The notes under the pieces are model-generated. The model was not told the origin of the DNA. It did no database searches and saw nothing but the letters and a program-made list of their open reading frames with translations. Shown here piece after piece: positions 31,537 to 40,856 of a DNA stretch of 64,000 bases. The first letter of the stretch is position 1. The number at the start of each line of letters is the position of its first letter. Location of the stretch: assembly GCA_965218785.1 (NCBI GenBank), contig OZ244650.1, forward strand, positions 192,001 to 256,000, in the 5' to 3' direction. The translations under genes were made by a program, and so were the position numbers. Source of the stretch: Nitrosopumilus sp. GTDB lineage: Archaea; Thermoproteota; Nitrososphaeria; Nitrososphaerales; Nitrosopumilaceae.

Positions 31537-32765
31537 ACTATTATCACCTCGGGAATTAGTATGACAAATTTTCCTCCCCAGTCACGAATAAATGAATTTT
31601 CATCCATGATCTCCTCTTTAATATTCCAGGACATTATAACTACAAAATCCGGTTTGGTTTTTTTAACCTCTTCGGGTTTTTTTACCTGTAAATGTGAACC
31701 TGGTAGATACAATCCTTGTTTGTGTGGGTTTTTATCCACAACATATTCTATGTGTTTTTTTCCTATCTCACAAAAATTTAAGAGGGTATTTCCTTTTGCT
31801 GCAGCTCCATAACATACAATTTTCTTCCCATTTTGTTTTGTATTGTCAAAAAATTTTATTAATTCCTTTTTAACTAGTTTAATTTTTTTTGAAAATTCCA
31901 AATAAACTGACATATCCAACAATCCAAAATCTTTTTCTTTCTCTAAAAGTTTTTTTACAGAATTTTTTATTTCAAGATTTTCATTTGCTTCATGTTTTGC
32001 ATAAATTCTTAAAGATCCTCCATGAGTTGGAATTTCTTCTACATCAAAGATTATTAGATTATGAAACTCAAATATCTTTTTTACAGTATTGAATGATAAA
32101 TATGAAAAATGTTCGTGGTAAATTGTATCAAATTGATTATATTTTATTAATTGAAGTAAATGTGGAAATTCCATATTTATTATTCCGTCCCTTTTCAACA
32201 AAATAGAAATTCCTTTTACAAAGTCATTAATATCTGGAACATGAGCCAACACATTATTTCCGATTATTAGATCAGCTTTTATTCCTTCGTTAGAAAGTTT
32301 TGCTGCTAATTCTTTGTCAAAAAAATCCACTATTGTTTTAATTCCTCTGTCTTTTGCTACTTTGGCAACATTTACTGCAGGTTCTATTCCTATAACTGAA
32401 ATCCCCTTATTTTTGAAAAATTGTAATAAATATCCGTCATTACTTGCTAATTCAACCACAAGATTGTCTTTTCCTAGATTATTTTTTTTCGAAATCATAT
32501 TTGCATAATTTTCTGCATGTTTTAACCAGCTTTTTGAATAAGATGAAAAATATACATATTCTTTGAAAATGTTTTGAGGTGTCTCATATTCAGGTAATTG
32601 TACTAAAAAGCAATTTTCACAAACAAATACTTTGAGGGGAAATTTTTTTTCTAATTCTTTTAAATTCTCATGTTTTAAAAATGAATTTGATAATGGCGAT
32701 ATCCCAAGATCTGCAAACACTTTATCTATTTCACAATTACAAAATCTACATTGATAATTTTCCAT
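31533..32765 (-). CDS. NDP-hexose C3-methyltransferase
   Basis: Zn-binding CRFC..CENC, ELASNDG, NNVLAHVP, FDTIYHEH, THGGSLR, YGAAAKGNT. Confidence 0.92.
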   Translation of the reverse strand: MENYQCRFCNCEIDKVFADLGISPLSNSFLKHENLKELEKKFPLKVFVCENCFLVQLPEYETPQNIFKEYVYFSSYSKSWLKHAENYANMISKKNNLGKDNLVVELASNDGYLLQFFKNKGISVIGIEPAVNVAKVAKDRGIKTIVDFFDKELAAKLSNEGIKADLIIGNNVLAHVPDINDFVKGISILLKRDGIINMEFPHLLQLIKYNQFDTIYHEHFSYLSFNTVKKIFEFHNLIIFDVEEIPTHGGSLRIYAKHEANENLEIKNSVKKLLEKEKDFGLLDMSVYLEFSKKIKLVKKELIKFFDNTKQNGKKIVCYGAAAKGNTLLNFCEIGKKHIEYVVDKNPHKQGLYLPGSHLQVKKPEEVKKTKPDFVVIMSWNIKEEIMDENSFIRDWGGKFVILIPEVIIV

Positions 32766-32768
32766 TTT

Positions 32769-33839
32769 TTACACTGCCATAAATTCATCAATTTGTTTCT
32801 CAGAGAATTCCCTCATACTGCCACCACCTTTCATAAACTCATTATACCAATCTAGTGTCCATTGCAAAGTCTTTTCTATGTTCATTTTAGATCCCCACCC
32901 TAACTCATTACTAGCTTTAGAACAGTCCAAACTGAGATATTTCTCTTCATGTGGTTGTGATGACGTATCTATCTCAAAATTTATTTCACCATCTATATTT
33001 TTTTTAATATATTCAATAATCAATTTGACTGGTTTTTCCTCATCTATTGTGGGACCAAAATTCCATCCTTCAGATTTTTTTTGACCATCAATCCACATTT
33101 TTTCAGCCAGAATAATGTATCCGAACAATAAATCTAGAACAAATTGCCACGGTCTTGTTGATTCTGGATTTCTAATCTTTATGGACATTTTATTTTGGAA
33201 ACCTCTGATGATATCTGGCAATAGCCTGTCTGCTCCCCAGTCTCCGCCACCTAATACATTTCCGGCCCTTACTGAAGCAATTGCAACTTTGTGCTCAGAA
33301 TATTTCAAAGGATTAAAAAATGAATTTCTGTAAGATGCTGTAACTAGTTCGGCGCATGCCTTACTACTACTGTATGGATCATTGCCTCCCATTGCATCTT
33401 CTTCTGAATATCTACTGTAATCTTTTTTTGGCCTGTATGATTTATCACTAGTAACAATAATGGCCACTTTGACATTTTCTGAGTTTCTTACTGCATCAAG
33501 TACATTTGCCGTTCCAATTACATTTGTTGAAAAAGTCTCTAATGGATTTTTGTAAGATTCCCTGACAATTGCCTGGGCTGCCATGTGGATAACAATATCC
33601 GGCTTGTTTTCCTCAAAAACCTGCCTGATATGTTTTGCATCATTGATATTGCCAATTATGCTTTTCATCCCCTCTCCCACATTTGCAATTTCATACATGC
33701 TAGGCTTTGTAGGAATATCTTTTGAAAAACCTATTACATTAGCTCCGAATTTTTTTAAAACTATTGATAACCAGCTACCCTTAAAACCCGTATGTCCTGT
33801 AATCAGGACGGTCTTTTTTTTCCAAAAATTTTGATTCAT
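32769..33839 (-). CDS. rfbG: CDP-glucose 4,6-dehydratase
   Basis: TGHTGFKGSWL, HMAAQ, DPYSSSK, RAGNVLGGGDW, RPWQ; ATG at 33839 overlaps the rfbF stop. Confidence 0.95.
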   Translation of the reverse strand: MNQNFWKKKTVLITGHTGFKGSWLSIVLKKFGANVIGFSKDIPTKPSMYEIANVGEGMKSIIGNINDAKHIRQVFEENKPDIVIHMAAQAIVRESYKNPLETFSTNVIGTANVLDAVRNSENVKVAIIVTSDKSYRPKKDYSRYSEEDAMGGNDPYSSSKACAELVTASYRNSFFNPLKYSEHKVAIASVRAGNVLGGGDWGADRLLPDIIRGFQNKMSIKIRNPESTRPWQFVLDLLFGYIILAEKMWIDGQKKSEGWNFGPTIDEEKPVKLIIEYIKKNIDGEINFEIDTSSQPHEEKYLSLDCSKASNELGWGSKMNIEKTLQWTLDWYNEFMKGGGSMREFSEKQIDEFMAV

Positions 33840-34606
33840 TACCAGTTTTTCCAATGTGCCTTATCCGAATTCCATAATCCTTCTAGATAATTTTTATCGC
33901 GTAATGTATCAAGTGGTTGCCAGAAACCGGTATGCTTGAATGCTGTTAATTGATTCTCTCGAACTAATCTTTCTAGAGGTTCTCTTTCCCAAATTGTTGT
34001 ATCATCTTTCAAATAATCAAATATTGATGGTTCCAAAACAAAATAGCCACCATTAATCCAATTCCCATCCCCCGCAGGTTTTTCTTGAAAATTTGTAATT
34101 TTATTACCAGATATATCCAAAGTTCCAAATCTTCCGGGTGGCTGTACTGTTGTCATTGTAGCCTTTGTTTTTTTATTTTTATGAAAATCTATCAATTCTG
34201 AAATATTGACATCACTTAATCCATCACCGTATGTGAAACAGAACGTATCCTCTTGAACATATTCTTTAATTTTTTTTAAGCGACCTCCGGTCATGGTATC
34301 CAATCCTGTATCTACTAATGTCACAGTCCACGGTTCTACAAATTTATGATGTATTTCCATATTGTTTTTTTTCATGTCAAAAGTTACATCCGACATGTGA
34401 AGAAAATAATTTGCAAAATATTCTTTTACCATATATCCCTTATAGCCACAACAAATCACAAAATCATTAATCCCATATGATGAATATTCTTTCATGATGT
34501 GCCAAAGTATTGGTTTCCCACCAATCGCAATCATGGGTTTTGGCTTGAGATCGGTTTCTTCACTAATTCGCGTTCCATAGCCTCCAGCTAAAATCACCAC
34601 TTTCAT
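33839..34606 (-). CDS. rfbF: Glucose-1-phosphate cytidylyltransferase
   Basis: LAGGYGTRISEET, KPM, DTMTGGRLK, TYGDG, FWQPLDTLRD. Confidence 0.95.
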   Translation of the reverse strand: MKVVILAGGYGTRISEETDLKPKPMIAIGGKPILWHIMKEYSSYGINDFVICCGYKGYMVKEYFANYFLHMSDVTFDMKKNNMEIHHKFVEPWTVTLVDTGLDTMTGGRLKKIKEYVQEDTFCFTYGDGLSDVNISELIDFHKNKKTKATMTTVQPPGRFGTLDISGNKITNFQEKPAGDGNWINGGYFVLEPSIFDYLKDDTTIWEREPLERLVRENQLTAFKHTGFWQPLDTLRDKNYLEGLWNSDKAHWKNW

Positions 34607-34679
34607 AATATTTGAAATGAGTTCTGTTTTATTATATTTTTGATATCTTGGTCTTTTTTGGTCTTTTGGGGTGAAATCA

Positions 34680-34957
34680 TGCCTGTTTTACGGTATGTTC
34701 TCTGAATCTGCTTGCAGTTTATGGGCACATCAAGCTACCGTGAAACACTTGCGGCCATTGCGTCTGGTGTCTATGCTGGTCTTCAAACCAGTTTCCTGAC
34801 AGTTTTTGTGATGGTAGGATCTATCTGAATAACTCTCGGTCTTGGTTTGTGGTATAATTTGTTGCAAGATAATCCGACATAGGACACCGGCTTTCCCTCC
34901 CTCCACTGACAGATGTCTGGGGATGTATGTTGTGTTTGCGGCAGTTCTGCCACCCAT
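34680..34957 (-). mobile_element. Possible degenerate transposase fragment
   Basis: GC-richer insert between rfbF and the isomerase gene; weak DRxY-like motif (SYSDRSY). Confidence 0.25.
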
Positions 34958-35034
34958 TTTTTGATAAAATTTACTAAATCATTGATAAGGATCTATTTTT
35001 GATGAATCCCATATGGATATCTAATCTGGCATAG

Positions 35035-36054
35035 TCAAAAATCATCTAGTTTTTCTTTTATGAATTCTATTGATTTAACTGGTGTTGGATCGATATTTCC
35101 CAAAACAGCTTTATAGATTGATACATAATCAAACAGGTAAATTAGCGTAGTAATCTTGGATAGAATGCCGCCATCAATTGAAAATATTTCCTTGTACTCG
35201 ATTCCGTTTTTTTCAAAATATTCTTTTAGTATGTTCCATCTCTCCTTTGTTTTAAGATGATCATCTTTACCCTGTAATAAAATGGGCTGTAATTTGGAGG
35301 GATTTTCCCATGCAACTATTCCGTTATGGGACGTTTCAATAATATCTTCTGTGATTACATGGTTTTTTGCATTTTCCTGTAAAGAATTTTTAAACCTAAT
35401 TGCCACCGAGTTTAATCCCCATGGATAATAGATAACGGGAATTTCCGTTATCCATTCTGCCAGTTTAATGGCACTATTGGTATTTGTCAGATTTGACGAA
35501 GAAATATTCTCCCTCAACTCTCTCATTTTTTTAATTGATTCAATTACTTCTTTATTTGTTATTGGCAATATTAAATCAAGAATTTTCAAGATTGAATAGA
35601 AAAATTTGACAAACGATGAACGTGGAGAATGTATCTGTGAAATTTTTCTAAAATCTATTTCATTTGTTTTACAAAACTCCTCCATTTTTCCACCAGAAGA
35701 AACAGCCATAATTTTACAGCCCCTCTCTTTTGCAGAATATAGTATGGAAAGGGTTTCTTCCGTGTTTCCTGAAATACTTGTAGTTATTACCAGCGATCTA
35801 GAATCTGCGGTATTTGGAAGTAGATATCCCTTTACAACAGAAACATGAATCTTCGTCTGTGATAGGATGCTGGCAAATGTATCTCCTATGGCACCAGAAC
35901 CTCCCATTCCGGCAAAAACTATGTGATCTATATTTTCTAATTGGATTTTTTTAAGATTTGATGAATATGCCTCCTCGGCAATCTCTGGCCATTTATCATA
36001 AATTTCATACATACGAGAAACATCCCATTTCTCCAAGTCGGTACTACCAATCAT
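35035..36054 (-). CDS. Bifunctional phosphoglucose/phosphomannose isomerase (SIS domain)
   Basis: GMGGSG, SISGNTEET, SSGG, SLQENAK, HNGI. Confidence 0.9.
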   Translation of the reverse strand: MIGSTDLEKWDVSRMYEIYDKWPEIAEEAYSSNLKKIQLENIDHIVFAGMGGSGAIGDTFASILSQTKIHVSVVKGYLLPNTADSRSLVITTSISGNTEETLSILYSAKERGCKIMAVSSGGKMEEFCKTNEIDFRKISQIHSPRSSFVKFFYSILKILDLILPITNKEVIESIKKMRELRENISSSNLTNTNSAIKLAEWITEIPVIYYPWGLNSVAIRFKNSLQENAKNHVITEDIIETSHNGIVAWENPSKLQPILLQGKDDHLKTKERWNILKEYFEKNGIEYKEIFSIDGGILSKITTLIYLFDYVSIYKAVLGNIDPTPVKSIEFIKEKLDDF

Positions 36055-36143
36055 GGTATTACTAGATTTTTAATGAGATTATAATGTTTCACAGATGCCG
36101 GGTTTAGTTATTTTAAATATGGAAATAAAAATTATAATTTTAA

Positions 36144-37205
36144 ATGAAAAGTGATATTCCACCTAATTCCTCATTGAGAACTGTAGAATGGAAAAACAAC
36201 AAAGTAATCATGATTGATCAGACAAAATTACCAAATGAACTTGTTTTTGTAGAATATGATGATTTTAACAAAGTTGCAGATGCGATTAGTACCTTGGTTG
36301 TAAGGGGTGCGCCTGCAATTGGAGTTTCAGGGGCGTTTGGGCTTGGTTTGGCGGTTTTACAAAGTGATGCGGCAACACGGGATGAGTTACTCTCTGATTT
36401 GGAAAAAGCAAAAAAAATCCTTTTTGCGACCAGGCCGACTGCAGTCAACCTGGGCTGGGGATTGGAAAAAATTATGGGTGTTGCCAAGACCGGTGATTCA
36501 GTCAAACAAATTAAAGAATTGGTAATTTCCACTGCTAAAAAAATGGCAGATGAAGATATTGAAATTAACAAGACAATGGGCAAGAACGGATCCGTCCTGT
36601 TTGATGATAATGACACCGTAATGACCCACTGTAATGCCGGTGCACTAGCTACCGTGGCATATGGAACCGCATTGGGTGTAATTAGGGCAACTAGAGAGAG
36701 TGGAAAGAACATCAAGGTAATAGCCACTGAGACCAGACCGATACAGCAGGGTTCCAGGCTTACGGCATTTGAGTTAAAACACGATGGATTTGATGTAAGT
36801 TTGATTCCTGATACTGCAGTAGGGTATAGTATGGCAAACGGGCTGGTAAACAAGGTCATAGTTGGAGCAGACAGGATTGTAAGGACGGGCCATGTCTTTA
36901 ATAAAATTGGAACCTACCAGGTGGCAACAATGGCAAAACAACACGGAATTCCGTTTTATGTTGCAGCACCGTTATCTACAATTGACTTGGAAACCAAGGC
37001 CCCAGATGTGGTAATTGAGATGCGAAAAGGCTCCGAAGTTACAGGAATTGGTGAGAAAAAGACCGCCCCTGATGATATCCGAGTAATCAATCCTGCCTTT
37101 GATATGACCCCGCCTGAATTAATTTCTGGTATAATTACTGAAAAAGGCGTGGCTACGGCCCCGTATGAGGTATCAATTCCAAAATTATTTGAAGCTAATA
37201 ATTAG
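36144..37205 (+). CDS. mtnA: S-methyl-5-thioribose-1-phosphate isomerase
   Basis: VRGAPAIG, RPTAVNL, THCNAG, ETRP..QGSRLT, NKIGT, NPAFD. Confidence 0.93.
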   Translation: MKSDIPPNSSLRTVEWKNNKVIMIDQTKLPNELVFVEYDDFNKVADAISTLVVRGAPAIGVSGAFGLGLAVLQSDAATRDELLSDLEKAKKILFATRPTAVNLGWGLEKIMGVAKTGDSVKQIKELVISTAKKMADEDIEINKTMGKNGSVLFDDNDTVMTHCNAGALATVAYGTALGVIRATRESGKNIKVIATETRPIQQGSRLTAFELKHDGFDVSLIPDTAVGYSMANGLVNKVIVGADRIVRTGHVFNKIGTYQVATMAKQHGIPFYVAAPLSTIDLETKAPDVVIEMRKGSEVTGIGEKKTAPDDIRVINPAFDMTPPELISGIITEKGVATAPYEVSIPKLFEANN

Positions 37206-37240
37206 AAAGTTTTTATTGTTTTTCAAACTGCCATTAACAG

Positions 37241-37879
37241 ATGAGTGCTATTTCCGTACAGGCAATCGAGGATTCCTTGAAATTATGCATGGATCCTGAG
37301 GTTCCCCTCAATATCGTGGAAATGGGATTAATCTATGGAATTGACGTGACAGAAAACAATGATGTCAATATCAAAATGACAATGACCACCCAGGGGTGCC
37401 CGTTGCATGAAACACTGGTTTCTGATGCCACCAGATTTGTCAAAAAGGTGCCCGGGGTAAATAACGTCAATGTGGATATTGTATGGGATCCCCCATGGTC
37501 AATGGATAAAATGTCCGAGGAGGCAAAAGTCAAGATCAAAAACATGGGTGCCGGATTGAATACGCCTGCGCCAATAAACTATGAGACTGCACTTCCGCAA
37601 GGAGTTGGAAAACTGGTACGGCAGGAGGACGGTTCGTTGGTACTGGCAAATGATCATGAACAGGGATTCATGGTAAATCAGGCAATTGTAGATTTCTGGA
37701 AGTCGTGTAACGGTCAGCGCAAAGTAACTGAACTAGTGGAGGTGTTTGCACAGCAAACAGGACTGCAAAGAAACCAGGTTGAAAAGGAAGTTATGCAGCT
37801 ATTGCAGCAACTGCGTGAGGGCGGATTGATTGCAATTGCAGGCCAGCCTGACATTCCAAACGTTGAATTTAAAAAATAA
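37241..37879 (+). CDS. DUF59/SufT-like Fe-S assembly domain fused to a PqqD-like domain
   Basis: DPEVPLNIVEMGLIY, TTQGCP, WDPPW; C-terminal VNQAIVDFWKSCNGQRKV..LREGGLI. Confidence 0.8.
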   Translation: MSAISVQAIEDSLKLCMDPEVPLNIVEMGLIYGIDVTENNDVNIKMTMTTQGCPLHETLVSDATRFVKKVPGVNNVNVDIVWDPPWSMDKMSEEAKVKIKNMGAGLNTPAPINYETALPQGVGKLVRQEDGSLVLANDHEQGFMVNQAIVDFWKSCNGQRKVTELVEVFAQQTGLQRNQVEKEVMQLLQQLREGGLIAIAGQPDIPNVEFKK

Positions 37880-37881
37880 TC

Positions 37882-38529
37882 CTAAAAGATATGGTTTGAA
37901 TTTGCACCATCAAAGTTTATTGTAACACCTGATAGATACTTTATCTTGTTCTCAATTATGGATTTTACAAAGCTTCCAATCTCGCGTGGTTCCCCCAATC
38001 TTTTCATGGGCAGGGATTTTTCAAATTCTTTTACATCTTTTATTAGTTCCTGGGTCCTGTCCGTGTTGATGGGTCCTGGTGCGATGTTTATACAACTGAT
38101 GTTTTTTCCTGCATACTCTTTGCTTAAAATTTTAAAGACCTCGCTGAATGCGGCACGATACGCAGAGGATATTATCAATTTTGCATTTGGTTCCTTGATG
38201 ACATTTGAGCTTATCAAAAAAATGTATCCGCCGTCATTGATTTTGATATTTTGTAGTATGGTGCAAAATCCCAGAAATAATTGATTGTGATACAGATTCC
38301 AATCATCCTCAGTTATGGTGGCAAACGGCTTTGGGGCAGGACCTCCCGTGTTTAGAATCAGAATGTCTGTCTGTGTATTTTTTTTCAGGAACTCTTTTAC
38401 ACTCTTCAAATTTGAAGTGTCAATATCATTTTTGGATGCCGCAAAAACATCAATATCTATTGATTTTAGCGAGTCAGAAATTGCCTTTCCAATTCCACGT
38501 GAGCCGCCAAGAACAATCGCTCTAGTCAT
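37882..38529 (-). CDS. Short-chain dehydrogenase/reductase
   Basis: GGSRGIG, NTGGP, IAPGPINTDR, PMKRLG. Confidence 0.9.
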   Translation of the reverse strand: MTRAIVLGGSRGIGKAISDSLKSIDIDVFAASKNDIDTSNLKSVKEFLKKNTQTDILILNTGGPAPKPFATITEDDWNLYHNQLFLGFCTILQNIKINDGGYIFLISSNVIKEPNAKLIISSAYRAAFSEVFKILSKEYAGKNISCINIAPGPINTDRTQELIKDVKEFEKSLPMKRLGEPREIGSFVKSIIENKIKYLSGVTINFDGANSNHIF

Positions 38530-38679
38530 GTTGTCTTGAATAAACTTGATAATTAAATTTCTTTGGTAGAGAGATATCTAATTAAATCAAGTAATATCTT
38601 GGAATCATTTGAATCCTTCAAAAAGGAAGGAATTGCAGGTAAATTTACTGCAAATGTGAATAATCAATTTTTTGGAGAA

Positions 38680-38757
38680 TTAGTCTCTTCCGCCGCCAGA
38701 TGGCTTGCCTGGATTTTTACTAGGTTTTCCACCGGGGCCTTTTTTCATTTGTACCAT
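38680..38757 (-). CDS. Putative 25-aa Gly/Pro/Lys-rich microprotein (not in ORF track)
   Basis: MVQMKKGPGGKPSKNPGKPSGGGRD*, with an AT-rich TATA-like element about 25 nt upstream. Confidence 0.4.
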   Translation of the reverse strand: MVQMKKGPGGKPSKNPGKPSGGGRD

Positions 38758-38958
38758 ACAATCTAGAAACAACTAAAAAATATTAATCTTTTGTAATATT
38801 GGAAATTTTGCCTATTATCATCTGCTCTGTTTATGACAATCTGTAGGTTTGATGCCTGATATCAAATATAACATCTTGCTTTTCTAGTTGCAGGCAAGGG
38901 GGAATTAGCACCTTTCATTTTGAGATCAAAATAAATACCCAAATCAAGTAATTATAAT

Positions 38959-39918
38959 GTGGTAGAATTTTTAAACGAATTAAATGACATGGATGCCGTT
39001 TCCCTTGATTTGGTAATAGTGCAAAAATCATTTCCAGCAAAAACCAAGGGTGAAAACTTGATGGTGGTTTTCGATGTAGCAGACAAAACAAAAACCCTCA
39101 AGGCCAGATATTTTGGAACGGCAAATGAATGTACCAAATTTTATAACAGACTTGAGCAAGGCAAGGTTTACCGTATTGTCGGTAAATATAGTGATACATA
39201 TCACAGCATTACTATTAATGTAAATGAGCTGATGTTTGTTACTGATCCTGATTGGAATAAACTAAAACGGGAGATTTCCCCAAATGATGAACAAATTCAA
39301 GAATTAAATAGATACGTCGCCACAGTTACAACCCTTGAATTAAAAATCCTTTTAGAAAAATTATTTGCCAGACCGGATTTGATGAACAAACTTGCCGTAT
39401 GGCCCGCTGCATCATCGATGCATCATGCTTATCCCAATGGATTAATAACACACATTTTAGAAATGCTAAAAATAGCTGATAGTTTGCTGTCAATTTACCC
39501 CAAAGCCAACCGTGATTTGCTGTACTGTGGTTGTATCTTACATGACCTGGGTAAAATCATTGAACTTGATGCAGAGTTTGGAACTGTTTACTCTGATAAG
39601 GGAAAGTTATTAACCCATATTCCAATGGGGTTTTTTCTTGTTGGTGAGATACTTGTAAAGGAGACACAGTGCAGTGATGATTTATCAAACCAGATACTCC
39701 ACATGATATTAAGCCACCATGGTACGCCTACTGACAAGATTCCAGGTATTGTCCGGCCCAAAACATTAGAAGCTGTAATGTTGCACCAGATTGATATGCT
39801 CTCATCTCAAGTTGCCCCCATTCATGATGAAGTTGGTAAAAAGTCTGGCTGGGTTAAAATTGGTGGTGGCGAGTATTATATTTCTGATAATACATTGACA
39901 GAAGGATCTGTTGGATAG
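38959..39918 (+). CDS. YhaM/Cbf1-like OB-fold + HD-domain 3'-5' exonuclease
   Basis: PAASSMHHAYPNGLITH, LHDLGK, ILSHHG, PKTLEAVMLHQID; N-terminal OB-like segment. Confidence 0.85.
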   Translation: MVEFLNELNDMDAVSLDLVIVQKSFPAKTKGENLMVVFDVADKTKTLKARYFGTANECTKFYNRLEQGKVYRIVGKYSDTYHSITINVNELMFVTDPDWNKLKREISPNDEQIQELNRYVATVTTLELKILLEKLFARPDLMNKLAVWPAASSMHHAYPNGLITHILEMLKIADSLLSIYPKANRDLLYCGCILHDLGKIIELDAEFGTVYSDKGKLLTHIPMGFFLVGEILVKETQCSDDLSNQILHMILSHHGTPTDKIPGIVRPKTLEAVMLHQIDMLSSQVAPIHDEVGKKSGWVKIGGGEYYISDNTLTEGSVG

Positions 39919-39949
39919 TTGTTATTTGATATCAAGTCATTGTAATCAT

Positions 39950-39974
39950 TGTGAAGAAAAAACGAAATTCAGAT
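39950..39974 (+). repeat. 25-bp direct repeat, copy 1
   Basis: TGTGAAGAAAAAACGAAATTCAGAT, identical to 41897..41921. Confidence 0.85.
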
Positions 39975-40038
39975 CCTGTAATTCAATTAAAAGATACAAC
40001 TAAAGATGCTTTGATGAGCATATGGTTGTTTGAGATTC

Positions 40039-40518
40039 TTAATTAGAATCTTCTGGTGGGAATAAACACTTATGAATATCCTTATGAATTGGTATCAATA
40101 TTATCAATAATGAATAAAATACAATCTTTGATAACATGTCTGAATTAAGTGTCTCATGCTGATAAATTATTTGAATGAATATGGTTGTAAGATAGCTTAA
40201 GATTAGAAATACAAACTTGTGTTTTATTTGGTGTATGAGTTCTTTTATTCTATTTGGATTACCAATTCTATTTTCTTCCCTTATGCTTACATGAAATACT
40301 TTGAAAATTTGACGTACCAAATTTTCACCACCTATTCCTGTAAAAGTAACTTCAATTTGTAGTGATATATTGTCTTGATTTTTTAGTTTTTTTGGAATCT
40401 TTGGTATATGTGCTTCTAACTCATTATGTCTTTTCATTTCCTTTTTCAATCTACTATGACGTTCTTGTGGAACCACAGCATCGTAAATTACTATATAATG
40501 AGAATCCCTCTTAAACAA
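40039..40518 (-). CDS. Hypothetical protein with two C-terminal TM helices
   Basis: 159-aa ORF; hydrophobic FVFLILSYLTTIFIQII and IVFYSLLIILIPI. Confidence 0.65.
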   Translation of the reverse strand: MFKRDSHYIVIYDAVVPQERHSRLKKEMKRHNELEAHIPKIPKKLKNQDNISLQIEVTFTGIGGENLVRQIFKVFHVSIREENRIGNPNRIKELIHQIKHKFVFLILSYLTTIFIQIIYQHETLNSDMLSKIVFYSLLIILIPIHKDIHKCLFPPEDSN

Positions 40519-40550
40519 TGAACATCAACATACTAGATAGTAATTATATG

Positions 40551-40856
40551 TTAATCTTGAATAAAACCTGAGACTGTTTCCAAATTACCATGAGTGTCAT
40601 TTTTAATTTTTTCAACAATATCTTCTAATACATTCTCATTGTTGATTTTGAATTTCACATACAAATCAATACTGCGTGATCTATCAGAAGGAATTAAAAA
40701 TTGTATATTATTAGCATTAAACTCTTTCAAAGTATATTGTATGATGCTTTGTACAAGCGAACAATTTTTCAAATTATCTACAGCCATTTCATGTTTTCTT
40801 GTTTGCGAATACTTTACAGCTAAAAGTACAGAGAAAGGCCCTTGTAATAAACTCAT
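40551..40856 (-). CDS. Hypothetical protein
   Basis: 101-aa ATG ORF co-oriented 32 bp upstream of 40039..40518. Confidence 0.55.
   Translation of the reverse strand: MSLLQGPFSVLLAVKYSQTRKHEMAVDNLKNCSLVQSIIQYTLKEFNANNIQFLIPSDRSRSIDLYVKFKINNENVLEDIVEKIKNDTHGNLETVSGFIQD

Noticed and set aside
36218-36859. 213-aa antisense ORF, and similar ones such as 1444..1827, 19827..20285, 57406..57894
   Set aside because: Lie opposite well-supported genes or pseudogenes and have no motifs
38563-38766. 67-aa plus-strand ORF
   Set aside because: No motif; the opposite-strand Gly/Pro micro-ORF explains the local composition better
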